From assembly GCA_910585195.1 (NCBI GenBank), contig CAJUCX010000008.1:503-64502 (forward strand): a stretch of 64,000 bases of DNA, written 5' to 3'. A model generated the notes under the pieces. It had not been told where the DNA came from, did no database searches, and saw only the letters and a program-made list of their open reading frames with translations. The translations under genes and the position numbers were made by a program. Positions 27,066-36,339 of the stretch are shown here, in pieces (position 1 is the stretch's first letter; each line of letters starts with the position of its first letter). This DNA is from an uncultured Christensenellaceae bacterium (GTDB lineage Bacteria; Bacillota; Clostridia; Christensenellales; CAG-314).

Positions 27066-28145
27066 TTAATACCATACTTGTGCATAGCCGCTACCGCCGA
27101 CACCACCCGTATTGTTTGCTAGCCATGCATTACCGCCGCCACCGCCACCTGCACCACTATTATTTGGTGCGGCTGCTGGCACACCGCTGTGATAACCTGC
27201 CGCCCCGTTTCCATATGCACCTGCACCACCGCCGCCGCCAGTATTGCTTGATCCGCTTGCACCGCCTGAATGCGACGGCAATGAAATATTATTTACGTGT
27301 GCATACATCCAAATGTTGATTATATCTTTTTGTGTCCATGCACTGCCAGCATTATTTTGGTTTCCGCCACGTGCACCTGTTATTAAGTAATGCGCCTGTG
27401 CATATGCCGACTCTCCTACACTTGCAGTTCCTCCGCCACCGCCTTGGCCGGCTTGTCCGCTAGTACTTTTACCACCACGTCCGCCATTACCGCCACTTGC
27501 AGTAGCAACCCATGGAACCCAACTGTTATCAGTAAAATGCAACTCAATATGCGTGTTTTCCCCTGTACCACCATCTTGGTCATTTTGAGTATTTCCAGTG
27601 CCGCCTGCTCCTACTACAATTAAAGCGTAAGATAAATTGTCTGGTAAGTAAACTGTACCACCAAAAAAACCGCCTGCGCCGCCACCACCTGCTGAATTTC
27701 CTGCAGAAGTACCGCCACCACCACCGCCGCCGCCACCTTGCAATGCGATATTAATAAGATGTGTACCGACAGTCTTATTACCCTTTATGCCAGTTCTAAC
27801 ATCCATTTTCATTCCACTGTTGTATGAGTTAGTTACACTTATTGAGATACTATTCCCATTTCTTCTTATGTATCTGTTTGCCGTACAAGTATATCCGCCG
27901 TGATTTGTCGGAAACCATCCTGCTTTTGCAAATGCGTAGTTTCCACCGTTTTTTGTATACCTTGGTATAATTTGCGTCCGGTAAAAAGCATTGCTATAAC
28001 TTATCAATTTACTTTGCCATATAAAGTCTCCGCTTTGATAAAGCTTTGGAACTGTCGTATTATTTACATCAATATTAGGTGCTGAAATATCATTCCATTG
28101 CATTACATCTGTAAGCGTTATTCCATCACTTCTAAATTCTCCCAT
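27066..28145 (-). CDS. Glycine-rich tail-fibre-associated protein
   Basis: 359 aa with four poly-Gly blocks (GGGGGGGGTSAGNSAGGGGAGG, GGNGGRGGKSTSGQAGQGGGGG, GGASGSSNTGGGGGAG, GAGGGGGGNAW). AAGGAG RBS. Confidence 0.65.
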   Translation of the reverse strand: MGEFRSDGITLTDVMQWNDISAPNIDVNNTTVPKLYQSGDFIWQSKLISYSNAFYRTQIIPRYTKNGGNYAFAKAGWFPTNHGGYTCTANRYIRRNGNSISISVTNSYNSGMKMDVRTGIKGNKTVGTHLINIALQGGGGGGGGGTSAGNSAGGGGAGGFFGGTVYLPDNLSYALIVVGAGGTGNTQNDQDGGTGENTHIELHFTDNSWVPWVATASGGNGGRGGKSTSGQAGQGGGGGTASVGESAYAQAHYLITGARGGNQNNAGSAWTQKDIINIWMYAHVNNISLPSHSGGASGSSNTGGGGGAGAYGNGAAGYHSGVPAAAPNNSGAGGGGGGNAWLANNTGGVGGSGYAQVWY

Positions 28146-28155
28146 ATTAAACTCC

Positions 28156-30255
28156 TTATGGTGCGTTAATTTTTCCGTCTGAACGTATACTCAAAAAAGT
28201 AGTACCATTATGTTGTATATTGAGCATACTTATTCCATTAGCTGTTTGCGTCTGAAATGACCACCCGTCGCCAATAGCAAATTCAATAACATTTGCAAAA
28301 AGACGCCTGTTGCCATCAGGGTGCGCAGAAATCCCTAAATCAGCAACATTATTTGTCCCATCGGCTTTAACTGCCATTGCTTGCATTATTGCCACATCCC
28401 ATTTGGCAGAATCTCTATAAACACCAAAAAGTCCAATACGACTATTGTTAGCATCTTGCATTTCAACTGTATTGTATATTGTGCTGGTCGGCGTATTTGG
28501 TATTGTAGTCCTAACTATTTGATTATTACCTTGAAAACGTACCGGATAATCCATTAATAATGTGCGATTACGATCAGGCGTGCAAATTCCAAGCCCTGCA
28601 CTGTTTGCATAAATTCTATCGTCATAATCTTTACTATCAGACACATGGAAATCTATTGTTGGGTTATTTCGTGTTCCATTTCCAATTTCAAGTGACACAC
28701 CGTTTTTCCAAGTATTAGTGAATAAAGCATTATTGCAAACCGAAATATTATTATCGAACGTTGTATTTTCTGTAAAAGTTTTTTCACCTGTAATTGTTTG
28801 CGTGCTTATTAAATCAACGACATTCTCTGGAACTAGTGCATCGCCATCTTTTCCTTTATAATTTGTTACGACATTGCTACAAATTATATTTGTTTCATTA
28901 ATCTCGGCAATATGGCGCAAATCGCCGTTTGAAAACATGACACTACTTCCGACCGTTATTGGAATATTTTGTGGCATTAATGATTCTTTATTTATTAGTT
29001 CGCTTGATGTTTCCGACGAATAAAATATGCCAGGACCTTGCATCCCCCGCTCCCCCTGTTCACCTTGTGGTCCTTGCACACCCGTTTCACCCTGAATACC
29101 TTGAACACCTTGCAACCCCTGCGGACCTTGCTCACCCTGTATTCCCTGTATGCCTTGCTCGCCCTGTGGTCCTTGCGGACCTTCAATGCCTTTGAATGTA
29201 GTCCAATAAACCCACTGCGTTGCACCTTTGATATACAGTCTGCCGTCCTCTGCCGTATCGCTTGAATTTATACCGGCTATATCATTTCTAGATAAGTCGG
29301 GATTATTGAAGTCCGCTTCCATTGCCGCAACTGACGAATACCAAACCTTTACGCCGCCGGGGTCGCCTTTTTCGCCCTTTGGTCCCACTTCACCACGCAC
29401 ACCTTGAATACCTTGAGGACCTGTCAAACCTTGTATCCCTTGTACGCCTTGCTCGCCCTGCATTCCTTGCACACCTTGCGCGCCGCGCGGGCCGACCGCA
29501 CCCTGCTGACCTGTTTCGCCGCGTTCGCCTGTTTCACCCTTTTCTCCCTGCTCTCCTTTCAAACCTTGCGGACCTTGAGCCTTAACCATTGTATCAATAA
29601 ACACGCCATCATCTTTACTGAACTCATACCAATTTCCATTCTCGCCTATATATGGCGCAAAATTGCTGTTGTTTCCGCTTCCGTATTGCAGCACCGACCA
29701 AATGTTGGCAGGTTTGTCAAGTTCCTCGGGTGTTGGTCGGTAAGTCGGATTAAAAGACACCGCGCCCGACTTGACGATTGCATTATCTTCCAACTCATTC
29801 AACCTATTGACGAGTGCTTGCACCTCATCAGGCACGGGAACTTGTCCGTTGCTCAGACTGCCGTCAATAAAGAACGTGAAGATTCCACTTGTGAATACTT
29901 GGTAAATCTTTTCGCCGCTTTCAATATTTGAAGTGCCCGTGTCGACCTGCGCGCTGAGTGAAACGCCGCAAATACCTGCCGACTGCAATAACGTTGCCGG
30001 CAAATACGCATTGTACAAATACCCTTTAATATTCTTCTCTTCAAGTGTAGTGCCTGCCAAAATTACAGGCTCGCCCTCAGGCGTAAACTGCGCCGTTGTT
30101 TCGTCCACCCTGCCGAACCTCGCCAACACTACGGTTTTTGCAGGGTCAAAGGTTTTGCTCAAAACATACAGCTTGTTGACAAGTTGCGAGTACTGAGCGT
30201 ATAGTTCAGTTCCGCACAATTGCAGTTGTCCGTTTGTTTTCCATTTTAAGAACAC
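28156..30255 (-). CDS. Collagen-like repeat tail fibre protein
   Basis: 699 aa, GTG start behind AAGGAGGA. Two G-X-Y tracts ([34 protein letters not shown]... and [22 protein letters not shown]...) flank globular domains. Confidence 0.8.
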   Translation of the reverse strand: MFLKWKTNGQLQLCGTELYAQYSQLVNKLYVLSKTFDPAKTVVLARFGRVDETTAQFTPEGEPVILAGTTLEEKNIKGYLYNAYLPATLLQSAGICGVSLSAQVDTGTSNIESGEKIYQVFTSGIFTFFIDGSLSNGQVPVPDEVQALVNRLNELEDNAIVKSGAVSFNPTYRPTPEELDKPANIWSVLQYGSGNNSNFAPYIGENGNWYEFSKDDGVFIDTMVKAQGPQGLKGEQGEKGETGERGETGQQGAVGPRGAQGVQGMQGEQGVQGIQGLTGPQGIQGVRGEVGPKGEKGDPGGVKVWYSSVAAMEADFNNPDLSRNDIAGINSSDTAEDGRLYIKGATQWVYWTTFKGIEGPQGPQGEQGIQGIQGEQGPQGLQGVQGIQGETGVQGPQGEQGERGMQGPGIFYSSETSSELINKESLMPQNIPITVGSSVMFSNGDLRHIAEINETNIICSNVVTNYKGKDGDALVPENVVDLISTQTITGEKTFTENTTFDNNISVCNNALFTNTWKNGVSLEIGNGTRNNPTIDFHVSDSKDYDDRIYANSAGLGICTPDRNRTLLMDYPVRFQGNNQIVRTTIPNTPTSTIYNTVEMQDANNSRIGLFGVYRDSAKWDVAIMQAMAVKADGTNNVADLGISAHPDGNRRLFANVIEFAIGDGWSFQTQTANGISMLNIQHNGTTFLSIRSDGKINAP

Positions 30256-30334
30256 TTTATATCCTCCTTGTTTTTAATTTTTTGTACAAAAAAAGAAAGT
30301 CCGTTGACTTCCTCATTATTTTTTTATACTGCTA

Positions 30335-30363
30335 TTGACTTTTGGGGTAAAATTGCATATAAT
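30335..30363 (+). promoter_or_regulatory. Consensus sigma-70 promoter P1 (TTGACT-17-TATAAT)
   Basis: ttgact tttggggtaaaattgca tataat. Shares the block aattgcatataat with P2. Confidence 0.7.
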
Positions 30364-30369
30364 AATATT

Positions 30370-30458
30370 AAGAAATTCGCTGGGGCTGAGGATGCTGGGC
30401 ATTGGGCCCTGTCATTCCAGTGACCACACTTTTAAGTGCTGGTCGCGAATTTTTTTTT
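30370..30458 (+). ncRNA. Candidate structured small RNA 1 (~89 nt), class unknown
   Basis: Starts ~7 nt after the P1 -10 box. A closing helix aattcgc/gcgaatt encloses two hairpins (30386-30420; 30422-30444) and ends in T9. GC-rich island in an AT-rich spacer. Confidence 0.5.
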
Positions 30459-30485
30459 ACCCTTAAATTATTTTTCGCAAAGGTG

Positions 30486-30513
30486 TTGACATTTTTGTAT
30501 AATTGCATATAAT
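30486..30513 (+). promoter_or_regulatory. Consensus sigma-70 promoter P2 (TTGACA-16-TATAAT)
   Basis: ttgaca tttttgtataattgca tataat. Confidence 0.65.
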
Positions 30514-30519
30514 ATAAAT

Positions 30520-30580
30520 GTAAAGAGTTCACAGCCCCACGCGCTTCGTGCGTTATTTTGGCTGTGGACTTCTTTTTTTT
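30520..30580 (+). ncRNA. Candidate small RNA 2 (~60 nt hairpin) / bidirectional terminator
   Basis: cacagcc...ggctgtg stem, extendable with flanking aaagagtt/gacttcttt, with an inner acgcg-cttc-gtgcgt hairpin. Ends in T8, which abuts the stop of the convergent 207-aa gene. Confidence 0.4.
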
Positions 30581-31202
30581 ATCTAAACGCAATTTCATAA
30601 ACAAACTGTTTATCACCCTTGTCTCTTATGTTAATTGTTATGTCATAAGTCCCTTTATCAGTTTCTACTTTCCCTTTGAAATAATGCCAAAACTTAACAT
30701 CTTTATGTGCTGCCGTTTTTTTACCTGTTTCTTCGCTACTATAATCATATTTTGAATTAGTAATATAACTCGGCAAATCTTTTATATGTTCTTTCTTATA
30801 TAAAAACCCTCTTTGTGTAGAGTTGCCTTTCGCATAAAGATTTTTGTTTGCGGTAAATTTATCAAACTCTGCCAAAATTGATTTATTATCCGTATGTAAT
30901 TCAATTGGCTGAAAGTTTTTAATCATTTCAGCCAATTCTTTCATTTTGATTTTCTTTACATTTTTAAGCGTTTCGACCAATTTTTTCAAAGCCGCTTTTT
31001 TATCTTCGTCAATGCTCGGTAGTTGCTTATGTTCTCCGCTAGATTGCGGTTTTTCCTTGTCTCCCGTCCCTACATCATACCGCCCTGTCTTGCCCGTAAG
31101 TTCGTTGTATTTCTCAACCGCCTCGTCGGCGGTCATGTCTCTTGTATCAACGCCTTTGTCTTTCAGCACGGCGTAGACCATTGGAATAAAGTTTCCTGCC
31201 AT
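30579..31202 (-). CDS. Hypothetical protein with polyvalent-protein-type C-terminal domain (PBECR/LPD-like, tentative)
   Basis: 207 aa. The C-terminus AAHKDVKFWHYFKGKVETDKGTYDITINIRDKGDKQFVYEIAF resembles the H-x-x-YF / x-Y-x-V-x-I / F-Y-D pattern I associate with phage polyvalent-protein nuclease-like domains. The N-terminus shares a ~35-aa module with 44377-44859. Confidence 0.55.
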   Translation of the reverse strand: MAGNFIPMVYAVLKDKGVDTRDMTADEAVEKYNELTGKTGRYDVGTGDKEKPQSSGEHKQLPSIDEDKKAALKKLVETLKNVKKIKMKELAEMIKNFQPIELHTDNKSILAEFDKFTANKNLYAKGNSTQRGFLYKKEHIKDLPSYITNSKYDYSSEETGKKTAAHKDVKFWHYFKGKVETDKGTYDITINIRDKGDKQFVYEIAFR

Positions 31203-31334
31203 TTCCCCTCTCCTTAAATTTTGTTTTTATTTTAGTTATATAAATTTTGGGTATCAAAAAAGGAAAGCAATGTTTTTTGCTTCCCTTCTTGATTTTTTAT
31301 TGTTTTGTGATATACTCTTTGCACGAGGTGTTTT

Positions 31335-31859
31335 ATGCAAAAAATTTTTAATTTTGTTGAGAAAAACAAATTATGGTTTGCTCTTGGTTTTTTCATTTTG
31401 CTGCTTGTTTGTTATTTTGTGCCGACAAACTTGCTTGTTAGAAATGATTTTGTAACAAATACTACAGACGTATATCCTTCAAGTGCTTCAAACTTTTATA
31501 ATGTTTTTAGCAGTGACAATAAAACCATTTACAGTATATTGTTTGCAGTATTACAAATTTTACTGTTTATATTTATTGGTATTTTTTTTGCAAACTATTT
31601 CATAAAATCAAATATATCCTGTAAAATTTCAAATTGCACATTTTCGGCAATATGTATTTTGCAAATACTTGACTTGATATTTTTGATAATAGATATGATA
31701 TATATTCAAAATATTACTACCACCAACTACTATTCATATAATATAGTTCCATACATAGGTTTTTATTTTTATTGTGCATTGACTATCTTTTCAATAATTT
31801 ATTTAGTTACTTTTATAACAAAAAGACTACAATATCACTATCTTGTTGAAAGTAAGTAA
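31335..31859 (+). CDS. Hypothetical multi-pass membrane protein (moron)
   Basis: 174 aa, very AT-rich, opposite strand to the late operon. Own -10-like tatact upstream and a terminator downstream. Confidence 0.55.
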   Translation: MQKIFNFVEKNKLWFALGFFILLLVCYFVPTNLLVRNDFVTNTTDVYPSSASNFYNVFSSDNKTIYSILFAVLQILLFIFIGIFFANYFIKSNISCKISNCTFSAICILQILDLIFLIIDMIYIQNITTTNYYSYNIVPYIGFYFYCALTIFSIIYLVTFITKRLQYHYLVESK

Positions 31860-31937
31860 TAAAAGCAACAGGCAACTGAGAATTAAGACAGACAACTAAA
31901 GACCTACAGTTCAAAATCGACAATAATGATTAATTTT

Positions 31938-31967
31938 AAGACGGCATAATTAAACGCCGTCTTTTTG
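31938..31967. terminator. Bidirectional terminator between the moron and the 849-aa tail gene
   Basis: aagacggc-ataattaaac-gccgtctt followed by ttt. Confidence 0.7.
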
Positions 31968-31969
31968 TT

Positions 31970-34519
31970 TTATATAGGTTTAGTCGCAGTTTGCGCAAAA
32001 TACATTGACAAACTACTTGTGCCTTGATTGACTGTCCTATTTTCGCCTATCAGCAACTCATTGTCCTGCGTTACCAATGCCCACGCTTTGCCTTTCACCG
32101 ACGAATTGAAAAATAAATCATACTTATTGTAAGTTGTTTCGCTTTCGTCAAAAGATAAATCATAACTGCTTGCTTGCATTGCACCCGTCAAATCAATAAT
32201 GCCGTTGCGAAGAACATTTAACTCATTTTGCAAAATATAACATTTGACAGAACTCGGAGCGCTTTCATTTATCAATGCAGCATATTTAATTAACCCCTGC
32301 CCTATAACTAATCCGTCAAGCCCAACGTAATGCAACTGATAATTAAATAATAAATTATTACGCACGTCTTTTTTAACTGTTAAACCAAACGGAATTTTAA
32401 TTATTCCATATTGTTGTAATTTAGTAGCTGTTGTCCATAAACGGTCAATTAACGGAAGATTATTTGCATCCATACCTAAACTTGCTATTTCATTCATGCT
32501 TGCAGATATTTGCACTCGAAGTTCCGAAACTTCACCATTTTGGTCGCAATACGGAATATTTAATGACGCATTTTTTTCATTTGCCCATTGACCCTCAATA
32601 CGTCTACCTGCAGACAAATTGTTTGCAAATCCGAACTCAAACAACAGACTATCCCCTGCCATTTTACAAGAGGTAGCCAATATAAAATTCCCCAATACTA
32701 GAGTATTTTTGCCTCTTGTTGACACAAAACTACTTTGACACAAATTTCCTGCAGTATTCCAATTACTGTGCGCTTGCTTAAACGCATTGCGTAAAAAATA
32801 CGCGCAGTTATTATAGTCTACGCTCGGGTGGCTTGTGATAGAAAATTTGTTCAATCCTGCGCAAAAATACTCGCCGCGATATAACTTTCTGTCAGAAACC
32901 ATACTTGTTGGCAACTCATATTCGCGTCTTTGCTGATTAAGTCCTATGTAGGCAGAAATACGAGAAAAGTCTTTTGTAAATGTGTTTGTCGCCTTGTAGT
33001 AAGTATTTTTGAACTCTAATGCTTGCATTTCCAATATATAAGTTTCCCCGTCGACAATTTGTGCTGTACCGACTTTTGGTATTTCAGTATAACTTTTGTA
33101 ATTTATAGTTTTTTCTATTGCCTTGTTGCCAAAGCGTGCAACTTTACCTTTTAAATTTTCTCCGAAAGATTTTATGTCCACTAAATTTTGACTTTGGTTG
33201 TCAAATGAAACTGCTTTTTGCGGACGACCTTTGCCTGCATACTCCTGTCTAAATCTTGGATTTGAAACCGGTACATACTCTATTTTGAATTTTATGTCTT
33301 GAATTTCTGCTGCATTGCCATAATTTTTATGAACACGATAATTATGATTCCCTGACGAAGGATTTTGTACTAACATTTCTTTTATTAGCAAATTTGCCCA
33401 CGCATACTGAAAGCGGAGTGCTGAAGCAAAGCCATAACCTTTTTGATTAAATCCTTTAATTTTACTATCATAGCGAGTATAATACCAGTGCGCACTTTGG
33501 CTATCGTTTCCGTCACCGTAATTAGGGAAGGATTGATATGCTTCTTTATCTAACACGCGGGTCCCAGGAATATTTAAGGCTGTTTCTTCTGTGTAATATT
33601 TAGCATCCTCAAAAAAACTTCCTGCTATATCATGTCCTACGCTAAATCCCCAAGCCTTAACCTGCTTAACTTCATAAATCGGAAACGGCAAAATCAATTC
33701 CGCAGTATCAAGCGTAAGGTCAACGGTTTCGCTTCTCACCGTTATACCCAAATCAACGCCCGGCATTGTTGGATACCATATTGTCTTTTCCGTATCAAGC
33801 ACGTTTTGCGCCTGTACTTCCAACGCCGTACAATATTCATTCGGATTTTGCCCCTTACGCCAAGTGTAATATCTGTCGTTTTCCAAATACTCTTTAATAT
33901 CACCCAAAAAGTCAAAAGAAAGCGTGTTGTAGTCCGTCATTCGCGGTATAGCGTGAATATACTGCGCACCTTCCATAATTGCCTCGTAAAGCGTATTGTG
34001 GTTTGTCGTAAATTCTCGCGCTTCTATTCCTTTGAGATAGTTTACAAGCGCAGGTTCAATAGTAATCTCCTGCGGCTCAATAATTGATATTCGCAAAGGA
34101 TTAACAGCCAGTAACGTGTCAAAGTAATCATACATAGATTTTTTTATACCAGTTGTCGGCTGCGTAAGCAATTCGCCGCCTGTCGTAATAGTTTCCAAAA
34201 TCTTGGTAGGCTCTACAAACGCAACGTAATGCTTGTAATAATACGGAGGAATCTTCGTAACCAACTCTACCTGACTGCTTGCATACCAATACGTTATCTG
34301 TTCGTCGTTTGCACCCTCTATTATTCTCATTTTTGTAAAAGGCGGTAACGGCTCGCTCTCCGTCGTCTTCATAATTATAAACTCGCCGACGTCCAATGCT
34401 TCGTTGAGTTGCTTTGTCCACCTAAGCGGTATAATTGCTTTCGGTTCTTCCACCCACTCGTTGTTCTTAAAAAATTCTATTCTCAAAGGCAAAATGTCAT
34501 TCACCACGGTTCCTGCCAT
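31970..34519 (-). CDS. Large tail / baseplate structural protein
   Basis: 849 aa, GGAGG RBS. Sits between the head-tail genes and the fibres. No enzymatic motif recognised. Confidence 0.6.
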   Translation of the reverse strand: MAGTVVNDILPLRIEFFKNNEWVEEPKAIIPLRWTKQLNEALDVGEFIIMKTTESEPLPPFTKMRIIEGANDEQITYWYASSQVELVTKIPPYYYKHYVAFVEPTKILETITTGGELLTQPTTGIKKSMYDYFDTLLAVNPLRISIIEPQEITIEPALVNYLKGIEAREFTTNHNTLYEAIMEGAQYIHAIPRMTDYNTLSFDFLGDIKEYLENDRYYTWRKGQNPNEYCTALEVQAQNVLDTEKTIWYPTMPGVDLGITVRSETVDLTLDTAELILPFPIYEVKQVKAWGFSVGHDIAGSFFEDAKYYTEETALNIPGTRVLDKEAYQSFPNYGDGNDSQSAHWYYTRYDSKIKGFNQKGYGFASALRFQYAWANLLIKEMLVQNPSSGNHNYRVHKNYGNAAEIQDIKFKIEYVPVSNPRFRQEYAGKGRPQKAVSFDNQSQNLVDIKSFGENLKGKVARFGNKAIEKTINYKSYTEIPKVGTAQIVDGETYILEMQALEFKNTYYKATNTFTKDFSRISAYIGLNQQRREYELPTSMVSDRKLYRGEYFCAGLNKFSITSHPSVDYNNCAYFLRNAFKQAHSNWNTAGNLCQSSFVSTRGKNTLVLGNFILATSCKMAGDSLLFEFGFANNLSAGRRIEGQWANEKNASLNIPYCDQNGEVSELRVQISASMNEIASLGMDANNLPLIDRLWTTATKLQQYGIIKIPFGLTVKKDVRNNLLFNYQLHYVGLDGLVIGQGLIKYAALINESAPSSVKCYILQNELNVLRNGIIDLTGAMQASSYDLSFDESETTYNKYDLFFNSSVKGKAWALVTQDNELLIGENRTVNQGTSSLSMYFAQTATKPI

Positions 34520-34916
34520 AAGATAAACCTCCCAATAAACTGTTTCTATCGTTTAAGCCTATCATTTCCCACTTATGCTGATAAGCCGTATCTGCCCACT
34601 GCGTTACAATATCCGTGCCGAGTGCAATCGCAGCCAATACAGGATTTGTCGCAAACCCAATTCCGTAACCTACCATTTTCATTGCCATGTTAACGTTTGC
34701 TTGCGCCTGTGGATTGCCGGTGTAGGTTTCAACGCGACTGCTTGCAAAGTTGACTATGTTTTTGCCAATTTGCTTTGCAATAACAAACGACGTTGCTTTT
34801 TTGAAATCCGACGATTCTTTTTGCGCCGCGTTGCTATTACCCGACGATATATTATTTGCGTTGCCGTCATTTAGGTTGATTGTTATTTTGTATTCCGCCA
34901 TATCACCCAACCTCAA
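34497..34916 (-). CDS. Hypothetical structural protein with internal hydrophobic segment
   Basis: 139 aa; MVGYGIGFATNPVLAAIALGTDIV. Overlaps both neighbours. Confidence 0.5.
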   Translation of the reverse strand: MRLGDMAEYKITINLNDGNANNISSGNSNAAQKESSDFKKATSFVIAKQIGKNIVNFASSRVETYTGNPQAQANVNMAMKMVGYGIGFATNPVLAAIALGTDIVTQWADTAYQHKWEMIGLNDRNSLLGGLSYGRNRGE

Positions 34917-35715
34917 TAAACGTAACCTGCAAAATTACCACCGCGCCCATTCTCAAAAGTTCGGTCATAGTCTGAGTTTCCACCACGTAGCTGTTACCCT
35001 TAAATATAAGTTCATGAGTATTGTTGATAGCAGAATTTGAAAGCATGTCCTGTTCGAGTGTTTTGTAAAATGCGTCATTCGTCAAAAACATCATTCCGCT
35101 GAAAGTCCTCATCTTTGCCGCGCTGAGCGATTCAACCTTTGCTTGTCCTATATAGGTGTAACTTTCCGTTTGCTTTTCCATGTTGACGGTGAACTCGTTT
35201 GTATATATTTGCTCGCCGTCAATCTTTACAATAACGTCATTTGACAATGCCGCATTTTCTACGACGGTCAACTGTATCTGTACCAACAGCGGCAACCGAG
35301 TGAAACCACCGCCGCAGTCATTTGTCAAGTTTCCCACAGTAACAGTTGTCCCTGCAAAAATCACTGCATTATTGCCTATAACCTGCGTTGCGCCGTTTAA
35401 GTTCTCCACCACCTTTTCTACGCACGCTCTTTGCTGTTCTGCAGTAAACGGCACGGGCGGCAATTCCCCCTCTACCTGTGCAAAGCCGAATAACTCCAAA
35501 GCAATCGGCATATAGTAAACCTTAATGCCTTGCAGCGGTTCATAATTGCCCGTAAGCGTTGTCAACACACCGGGCACAACAAAATCTTCAGTGTATGACA
35601 TAACTTCTTCATATTCGTTTCTATCGGCTTTAATATCAAACTTAATGCCGTACTCATTATCATTTAACTGCGCCTGCAGCATTGCAGAAAGCGCGCTTAA
35701 TTCAACCATAAACAA
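34903..35715 (-). CDS. Hypothetical structural protein (tail tube / major tail candidate by position)
   Basis: 270-aa ORF in the morphogenesis block. Confidence 0.5.
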   Translation of the reverse strand: MFMVELSALSAMLQAQLNDNEYGIKFDIKADRNEYEEVMSYTEDFVVPGVLTTLTGNYEPLQGIKVYYMPIALELFGFAQVEGELPPVPFTAEQQRACVEKVVENLNGATQVIGNNAVIFAGTTVTVGNLTNDCGGGFTRLPLLVQIQLTVVENAALSNDVIVKIDGEQIYTNEFTVNMEKQTESYTYIGQAKVESLSAAKMRTFSGMMFLTNDAFYKTLEQDMLSNSAINNTHELIFKGNSYVVETQTMTELLRMGAVVILQVTFIEVG

Positions 35716-36010
35716 CCTCCACTGTACCGCCCAAAACTCGGGCTAAATAATTTACAATTTCTTTTACTACCTTTTCAAACCAACCTTCGTTTGGATTTTT
35801 TCCCGCTCGATTTATCCACGGCTCTTCCGTATACGGCATATACGGCGCGATTGCAAGGTCAATGAATATCACCCACCCTGTCGCCGTTGTTTCAAGTTTA
35901 AGGGCGTTTGTTGCCAAGTTCCAAGTATCTTTTGGCGCGGCGTTAAACACTATCCACAACGCATTAAACACCGCCATTTCAAGAATTACTTTTAACTGTG
36001 TCCTTGTCAC
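35702..36010 (-). CDS. Hypothetical head-tail joining protein (positional)
   Basis: 102-aa ORF overlapping both neighbours. Confidence 0.45.
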   Translation of the reverse strand: MTRTQLKVILEMAVFNALWIVFNAAPKDTWNLATNALKLETTATGWVIFIDLAIAPYMPYTEEPWINRAGKNPNEGWFEKVVKEIVNYLARVLGGTVEVVYG

Positions 36011-36339
36011 GCAACTACCTCAATAAGCCAATAAATATTTGCGCCGTTTTTCCACATTGTGGCAACCTGCTCGTTAAGTACGGTTCTTTCCTGCGTGCAG
36101 CGACTTATTTTATACCGCTCGCCGCTTAACACTACTTGCTGATTAACCCTGAACGGCAAATTCCAACTTGTGCGTATGACAAAACGCTTTTGAGTTGCAA
36201 TTGTATTTTTAATCGGCGTACTCCATTGTTTGACTTTGTCTGTGTAAATTGAGTACTTAAAAGGCTTTTGCACGTCCGCAGTAATATTCAAATACCCCGT
36301 GTAATACTCTCGGAATTGAGGATTGAACACTATCATCAA
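36007..36339 (-). CDS. Hypothetical head-tail joining protein (positional)
   Basis: 110-aa ORF with 4-nt overlaps to its neighbours. Confidence 0.45.
   Translation of the reverse strand: MMIVFNPQFREYYTGYLNITADVQKPFKYSIYTDKVKQWSTPIKNTIATQKRFVIRTSWNLPFRVNQQVVLSGERYKISRCTQERTVLNEQVATMWKNGANIYWLIEVVA

Noticed and set aside
28990-29580. Periodic short repeats that could be mistaken for a CRISPR-like or tandem-repeat array
   Set aside because: The 9-nt periodicity is the G-X-Y collagen coding repeat inside a continuous 699-codon ORF. There are no repeat-spacer units, and no cas genes anywhere in the window.
30386-30392. CUGAGGA in sRNA 1 as a hammerhead ribozyme core (CUGANGA)
   Set aside because: The required GAAA box and stems I-III are not in a compatible arrangement. 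GAAA lies only 10 nt upstream, leaving no room for a stem III/stem I hairpin.
30368-30616. 82-aa minus-strand ORF spanning the sRNA region, and a 24-codon + strand ORF starting at ATG 30392
   Set aside because: The 82-aa ORF has no RBS, starts inside the neighbouring gene and runs through two terminator hairpins. The 24-codon ORF (MLGIGPCHSSDHTFKCWSRIFFYP) has its only SD-like sequence directly abutting the ATG and reads through the T-run. I cannot fully exclude a micropeptide, but the RNA interpretation fits better.
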